Source: Sandaracinaceae bacterium (lineage in GTDB: Bacteria > Myxococcota_A > Polyangia > Polyangiales > Sandaracinaceae). From it: 64,000 nt of DNA. The notes beneath the pieces were generated by a model. That model saw only the letters and a list, made by a program, of their open reading frames with translations, had not been told where the DNA came from and ran no database searches. Position numbers and translations under genes: made by a program. Below are positions 58,958 through 64,000 of the stretch, piece after piece; within the stretch, counting starts at the first letter, position 1, and every line of letters begins with the position of its first letter. The stretch is taken from positions 20,734 to 84,733 of the forward strand of contig JBGAQA010000022.1 of the NCBI GenBank assembly GCA_044220955.1, given 5' to 3'.

Positions 58958-60268
58958 ATGACTCCCACCCCCCGCCTGCTCGCGCTGGTCCTCCTCACGC
59001 TCCCGGTGGCGTTCTTGCCCCTGTGGATCGAGGCGACGTGGCCGCTCGTCGTCGTGACGTGGGCGGGTCTCTTCGCGGGGCTGACGGTCGACGTGGCGGT
59101 GCTCTCCCGCGTCTCGCTCCGCGCGAAGCTCTCCCGGCCGACGTCGGTCGGCGTGGGCACGAACTTCCGCGCCGCCGCCCGCATCGACCTCGGCCTCCCC
59201 ATGGGCCTCAGGGCGAGCGTCCGCACCGAGACCGCGCTCCCCGTCGAGAGCGACGAGGGCGTACGCCACGTCCGCCTCGCGCGCGGAGAGAACGAGATCC
59301 CGATCTCGCTCTTCGCCGACCGGCGAGGGAAAGGCGCGCTCTCGGCGCTCTGGCTGCGCCTCGAGGGAACGCTCGGCCTGGTCGCGCGCGTTCACCGCGT
59401 CGAGGACGGCGCGGGGGCGATCGCCGTCGTGCCCGACGTGGAGCGCGTCGATCGCGAGGCCATCGAGGTGCTCGGCTCCGAGGCGCTGCTCTCGGGCATG
59501 AAGCGCGAGCGCTGGGCCGGCGACGGTGGCGAGTTCGAGTCGCTCTCGTCGTACTCGCTCGGCATGGACACGCGCGCCGTCGACTGGAAGGCCTCGGCCC
59601 GCCACATGTCGATCCGCGTCCGCCGCTACCGGCTCGAGCGACGCCAGCGCATCGTGCTCTGCCTCGACCTCGGCCGCGAGATGCGCGATCCGATCGCGGG
59701 GCTCGAGCGGCTCGATCACGGCGTGCACACGGCCCTCGTTCTCGCCAAGACCGCGCTCGGGGCGGGCGATCTCGTCGGCCTGCACGGCTACGGCGCGGAG
59801 CCGCAGACCTGGGTCCCGCCGCGTGGCGGGCCGGCGCAGTTCTCGCGGCTGAGGAGCGCGTGCGCGCAGCTCACGACCGAGCCGGAGGAGACCAACCACG
59901 TCCTCGGTCTGCACGATCTGCTCCGCCGCAACACGCGGCGCTCGATGATCGTGGTCTTCACCGAGTTCACCGACGCGACGACCGCGGAGCTGATGCTCGA
60001 CACGATCGGCCAGCTCGCGCGGCGCCACGTGATCGTGTTCGTCGCGCTCGACGATCCGGCCCTCGAGGAGCCCCTGCTCTCGGCGCCCGAGAGTGGCCGC
60101 GCGCTCGCCGCCGCCGTGGTCGCGTCCTCGCTCGCGAACCGGCGCCACGTCGTCCTCGCCCGCCTCGGTCGCATGGGCGTGCACGTGGTGCACAGCCGCC
60201 CCGGCGCGGTCGCGAGCGCGCTGGTCGAGCGCTACGTCCGCATCAAGAGCCGCGGCCTCATCGGGTGA
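58958..60268 (+). CDS. DUF58 (VWA-like) domain protein
   Basis: GGEFESLSSY..G.D.R.VDWKASAR, CLDLGREM, GDLVGL, RRSMIVVFTEF. Confidence 0.9.
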   Translation: MTPTPRLLALVLLTLPVAFLPLWIEATWPLVVVTWAGLFAGLTVDVAVLSRVSLRAKLSRPTSVGVGTNFRAAARIDLGLPMGLRASVRTETALPVESDEGVRHVRLARGENEIPISLFADRRGKGALSALWLRLEGTLGLVARVHRVEDGAGAIAVVPDVERVDREAIEVLGSEALLSGMKRERWAGDGGEFESLSSYSLGMDTRAVDWKASARHMSIRVRRYRLERRQRIVLCLDLGREMRDPIAGLERLDHGVHTALVLAKTALGAGDLVGLHGYGAEPQTWVPPRGGPAQFSRLRSACAQLTTEPEETNHVLGLHDLLRRNTRRSMIVVFTEFTDATTAELMLDTIGQLARRHVIVFVALDDPALEEPLLSAPESGRALAAAVVASSLANRRHVVLARLGRMGVHVVHSRPGAVASALVERYVRIKSRGLIG

Positions 60269-60285
60269 TCGAGCAGGGAGCTGGC

Positions 60286-60383
60286 CCCTCACCCAACCCT
60301 CTCCCACGAAGCGGGAGAGGGCCTTCGAGCTCGGTTCCATCTCCCACGAAGTGGGAGATGCCTAGGGTGGGCTAGGGTGAGGG
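60286..60383. repeat. Composite REP-like palindrome between convergent genes
   Basis: CCCTCACCC/GGGTGAGGG outer stem enclosing the hairpins CCCTCTCCC-ACGAAGC-GGGAGAGGG and CATCTCCCAC-GAA-GTGGGAGATG. Confidence 0.85.
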
Positions 60384-60392
60384 ATCGCGCCA

Positions 60393-60833
60393 TCACGCCG
60401 TGAGCGGCCACCGGTTCCTCTTGAGCGCCGCGAGCAGGCGCGCGCGCTCCGCGGCCGTGCCCGGCATCCAGAGCTTGCGGCGGTCGCCGCTCTTCAGCTC
60501 CGCGATCAGCGCAGGCCGCCGGTAGAAGGTGCGCGTCAAGAGGCCCGCAGCCGCCGACCCGACGAGCACGGCGGCGAGCGACCCGCGGCTGCCTTGCACG
60601 CCGAGCGTGTTGCGCGTCGCGAGCAGGAACACCGTGAGCACCACGAGCAGCGCGCCGGCGATCCCCTCGACCCAGGGCAGCTCGGTGAGCGCCGCGGAGC
60701 CGAGCCGGAGCGCCAGGACCTCTGCGCGCCGCACCACGATCTCGCCGCTCATGCCCTCGGCGCCGGCGATGCGGTCCTCGCGCACGGTGATGCCGCACGC
60801 GCTCTCGGCCCCCGCGCTCGCCGGCGACGTCAC
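60393..60833 (-). CDS. Hypothetical membrane protein (2 TM)
   Basis: GTGA overlap with the upstream gene; two hydrophobic helices. Confidence 0.55.
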   Translation of the reverse strand: MTSPASAGAESACGITVREDRIAGAEGMSGEIVVRRAEVLALRLGSAALTELPWVEGIAGALLVVLTVFLLATRNTLGVQGSRGSLAAVLVGSAAAGLLTRTFYRRPALIAELKSGDRRKLWMPGTAAERARLLAALKRNRWPLTA

Positions 60834-62137
60834 TGCGTTCCGGTCGAGCCTGGCGGGGGGGCGGGGGCCGCGGCCGCCGTCTCGCAGAGCAGCTCGGCGA
60901 CCCGGATCTCGTGGTGCGCCTCGCGCGGCGCCTCCCACGCGACGTACGCGTGATCGCCGAACGTCGTGACCGAGGGACCGGCCTGGCTCGCGTCGCGTCG
61001 CGGCCCGGCCGGCACGAGGTCGCCCACCAGGCGCGGCGGGTCGAGCGCGACGCGCGCGAAGTACGAGCGCAGGGCGCTCACGTCGCCGTCGAAGCCGACG
61101 AGCCAGCCGTCGTGCCAGGGGACGGCCGTCGGGACGGCGCTCGAGCTCGGGAAGCCCTCGATGCCGACGGGCGCCGCGCCGCCGATCCACACGCCGACCC
61201 GGTTGTGGCCGGGCACGTGTCCGCGAGGCTGCGCGAGATCCCAGCCGAAGCGGACGGGCGCGGAGAACGAGCGCGTGGGCGCACCGACGACGCTGCCGTC
61301 CGCGCCCACGACGATCTCGAAGGGGTCGACCGGCGTCATCCGGACGGGCGCGAGCGTCACGACGGCCCGCTCGTCGCTCTCGGCGCGCACCTCGATGGGG
61401 CAGCTGCCGACCTCTCGGCAGTCCGTGTACGGCAGCTCCACCGCGAGCGCGGTCCGGCTGACCGTACCGTCCTCGTGCACGACGAAGAGCACGAGCTGCG
61501 CGCCCGGGTGCGTCAGCACGACGACGAACGCGACGTGCGGGCCCCCCGCGGCGCCGACGCCGGTGACGCCGCGATGCTCGGCGTCGTCGAGGCCGAAGGT
61601 CACGGGCGGCGCCGCGGACCCGGCGCGCACGAGGCGGCAGGTCGTCGAGCGACCGCTGGGCGTGTTGCAGTCGACGAACGCGGCGTCGTCACCGATGCGC
61701 AGGAGCGCGATCGCCACGTCCTCGCCGTCGATCGGCTCGGCGATGCCGATGGGCTCCATGCGCGGCGCGAGCGGCAGCCCGACGACGGCCGCGTCCTCGT
61801 TCCACTGCTGCGCCGTGACGCCGAAGTAGTGCGCCGCGTCCGACTCGCTCCTGTGGACGACCACGAGCGAGCCGGCGGAGGCGAGGATCCGCGGCGCCTG
61901 GCGGCTCGGCACGATCGGGATCCCCTCCGCGGGCTCGAATCGGCAGGGCCCCGCCGGCATCGGGGTCGGCGCCGCGGGCGCAGGCGGCGTGGCCACCGTC
62001 GACGGCGGGGCAGGGGCGACCGTCGTCGGCGCGGCCGCCGTCCGCGTCGGCGGAGGCACCGCGGCCTCGCCGCCGCACCCGAACGCGGCGAGCAGCGCCG
62101 CAACCGAGATCCGAGAAACGACGAGCGTGCGCGCCAT
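60830..62137 (-). CDS. Hypothetical lipoprotein (beta-rich)
   Basis: SD GGAGG; lipobox AFGC; Pro/Thr linker; YVAWE-type strands. Confidence 0.7.
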   Translation of the reverse strand: MARTLVVSRISVAALLAAFGCGGEAAVPPPTRTAAAPTTVAPAPPSTVATPPAPAAPTPMPAGPCRFEPAEGIPIVPSRQAPRILASAGSLVVVHRSESDAAHYFGVTAQQWNEDAAVVGLPLAPRMEPIGIAEPIDGEDVAIALLRIGDDAAFVDCNTPSGRSTTCRLVRAGSAAPPVTFGLDDAEHRGVTGVGAAGGPHVAFVVVLTHPGAQLVLFVVHEDGTVSRTALAVELPYTDCREVGSCPIEVRAESDERAVVTLAPVRMTPVDPFEIVVGADGSVVGAPTRSFSAPVRFGWDLAQPRGHVPGHNRVGVWIGGAAPVGIEGFPSSSAVPTAVPWHDGWLVGFDGDVSALRSYFARVALDPPRLVGDLVPAGPRRDASQAGPSVTTFGDHAYVAWEAPREAHHEIRVAELLCETAAAAPAPPPGSTGTQ

Positions 62138-62211
62138 CGTGGCAACCCTCCCGGAGGGGAGCGTAGTACGCGTCGGTCACCGCGCGCGAGCCGCGCCCTT
62201 CGAGGAAGTCG

Positions 62212-62928
62212 TCAGGGCGTCGTCTCGAGGACCATCGCGAACGCTTCCCGCACCAGGTCGCGCGGCGGGATGCGGTGGTCCCCGTGGAACGAGAACCGAC
62301 GCGTCGTCACACCGTGCTCGCGGGCCCACGCCTCGGCGCTGGCGATCCCGCGGCGTCGCGAGGCGTCGTCCACGTCGCCCATCAGGAACGCGACGCGCAC
62401 GTGACGCGCTCGCAGGATCTCGCCGGCGTCGCGGCGCCCTCGCGCCGAGGACCGGCTGCCCATCACGACGGCGCCCCGGAACAACGAGGGCTCGCGCGCC
62501 ACGAGCCCCCAGGCGATGTCGCCGCCGAGCGAGAAGCCGAACGCGTACACGCGATCTCGATCGACGGGCTGGGTCGCGAGCGCTGTCTCGAGGTCGCTGC
62601 GCACGCGCTCGGCCTCCCAGTCGAGGAAGCGACCGAACGCCGGCGAGTACTCGCTGCGCCGCGGCGCGCCCGGCGTGACCATCAGCACGTAGGTCTCGAG
62701 CGGGATCGCGCCCTCGACCTCGCGCACCGTCCACTCGGCCGACTCCCCCGTCGGCGGAAACACGACGAGCAGCGGATAGCGCTGGCCCGGCGCCGGGTGC
62801 CCGACCACGACGAGGCGCGAGGGCTGATCGAAGAACGCCGGCCGCTCCTGGGCCAGGGCGCTCGTCGCGATCCCCAGCGCGACAGCGAGCGCGGCGATCG
62901 ACGAGCTCGCGCGGGCCGGTGTGCGCAT
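62212..62928 (-). CDS. Exported alpha/beta hydrolase (esterase/phospholipase-carboxylesterase type)
   Basis: Signal peptide ALA-Q; YPLLVVF, VDRDRVYAFGFSLGG (GxSxG), G.VD, GDH. Confidence 0.82.
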   Translation of the reverse strand: MRTPARASSSIAALAVALGIATSALAQERPAFFDQPSRLVVVGHPAPGQRYPLLVVFPPTGESAEWTVREVEGAIPLETYVLMVTPGAPRRSEYSPAFGRFLDWEAERVRSDLETALATQPVDRDRVYAFGFSLGGDIAWGLVAREPSLFRGAVVMGSRSSARGRRDAGEILRARHVRVAFLMGDVDDASRRRGIASAEAWAREHGVTTRRFSFHGDHRIPPRDLVREAFAMVLETTP

Positions 62929-62982
62929 CGGTCGTGCCTCGATGGTAGCCCGCCGCGGGCGCATCTTGTGTACGGTCTGCCG

Positions 62983-63645
62983 ATGATCCGCTTCGCGCTT
63001 CTCGTCTCCGTGGCGCTCGCCGTTCCGCACGTCGCCCTCGCCGACGTGCCTCCGATCGCGGCGGGCAGCCCCTTCCATCACGCGATCGAGATCGAGTCCG
63101 ACGACACGGCGCACGTGTTCGTGCTCTTCCCCGTCGACTGGAGCGGCGGACGACCGGGCCGCATGCGGGCCCTCGCCTCGCCCGGGCAGGCGGTCGACCT
63201 CGGGCGTGGGTGGAGCTCGCCCCGCGTCTGTGCGCTGCGGCCCGAGGAGCTCGCGACGCTCCCGGAAGGGGACGGCGAGGAGCTCGAGGCGTGGATGACG
63301 GCGTTCACCGGACCGCGCAGCGACGAGATCACGAGCCACGACGTCGACGAGCTCCACGTCGCGGGCGTGACGGACGTGTACGCGGCGCGCGTCGAGGGCG
63401 ATCGCGTCGCGCTCCGCCTCGTGCGGAGCGAGTACGAGCACCACACGGGCACGCGGGAGGTGGTGGACGCGCTCCCCGACGGCTCGCGCGGCATGCCTGG
63501 CCTCAGCCCGGTCGACGACGCGCGCGTCGCGTTCGGGGTGGTCCCGTTCTGCTGCTACCCGGTGCCGTGCTGCGGCCTGATCGTGATCGCGCCGTTCGTC
63601 TGGCGCGCATGGAAGCGCCGCCGCGATCGATCGACGCCCGCCTGA
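62983..63645 (+). CDS. Exported hypothetical protein with Cys-rich C-terminal membrane anchor
   Basis: Signal peptide ALA-D; tail FGVVPFCCYPVPCCGLIVIAPFVWRAWKRRR. Confidence 0.65.
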   Translation: MIRFALLVSVALAVPHVALADVPPIAAGSPFHHAIEIESDDTAHVFVLFPVDWSGGRPGRMRALASPGQAVDLGRGWSSPRVCALRPEELATLPEGDGEELEAWMTAFTGPRSDEITSHDVDELHVAGVTDVYAARVEGDRVALRLVRSEYEHHTGTREVVDALPDGSRGMPGLSPVDDARVAFGVVPFCCYPVPCCGLIVIAPFVWRAWKRRRDRSTPA

Positions 63646-63683
63646 CGCTCGTTCTCGGCAGTGAAGGGGTACGCTCGCCTCTC

Positions 63684-64000
63684 ATGCGGCTCTCGGTGGC
63701 GGTCGGGCTCTCCCTCCTCGCGAGCTCCCTCCTCGCGAGCTCGTTCCTCGCGAGCGCGGGGTGCGCGCCTCGGGCGGTGGCGCGCTCGCGCGGATGGTGG
63801 ATCGCCAGCACGGCCCACGTGAGGCTCGAGACCAACGTCGGCGAGCGGGAGGCGCGCGAGTCGGCGTGGGCGATGGAGGATCTGCACCAGGGCCTGGCGC
63901 GCGCGTTCCAAGGCTTCGCCTGTCGCGATGCGGTCGCCGAGCTCACCTCCGACGTGACGCTGATCGCGGACGCGAGGGACTACGACGCGGTCGCGCCGCG
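63684..64000 (+). CDS. Lipoprotein, possibly DUF1570/peptidase-MA-like (3' end outside window)
   Basis: MRLSVAVG...SAGC lipobox; WWIASTAHVRLETN pattern; open to the window end. Confidence 0.5.
   Translation, partial: MRLSVAVGLSLLASSLLASSFLASAGCAPRAVARSRGWWIASTAHVRLETNVGEREARESAWAMEDLHQGLARAFQGFACRDAVAELTSDVTLIADARDYDAVAP

Overview
Very GC-rich bacterial chromosome segment. A MYXO-CTERM sorting signal, AgmX/PglI-type domains, FHA-sigma54 proteins, a Hanks kinase and many Cys-rich or DAG-linker lipoproteins point to Myxococcota, probably Polyangia/Sandaracinaceae-like (inference). It is mostly core genome: rnr, deoA/pdp, sodB, era-der, an aroK-aroB fusion, pckA, purC-purS, a DEAD-box helicase and a MoxR-DUF58 cluster. 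Interspersed are exported hydrolases (two head-to-head phospholipase C-family lipoproteins, a GH57-like lipoprotein, a purple acid phosphatase, a ceramidase-like protein and an esterase) and Cys-rich surface proteins. A tRNA-Thr(CGT) is followed by a small decayed islet with a RelE/ParE-type toxin-antitoxin pair and a frameshifted GIY-YIG nuclease. No CRISPR array, integrase, transposase or rRNA was seen. The most notable observations are non-coding or structural: (1) a perfect four-way-junction palindrome lying in frame inside a DUF4350-like gene; (2) related structured REP-like elements, including a 3-unit tandem array and an inverted pair flanking the phospholipase cassette; (3) a near-consensus sigma54 promoter directly in front of an unexplained small ORF or sRNA; (4) pervasive TAnnnT boxes 5-9 nt before start codons, suggesting leaderless transcription. 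All family assignments come from motif recognition by eye, not from database searches.
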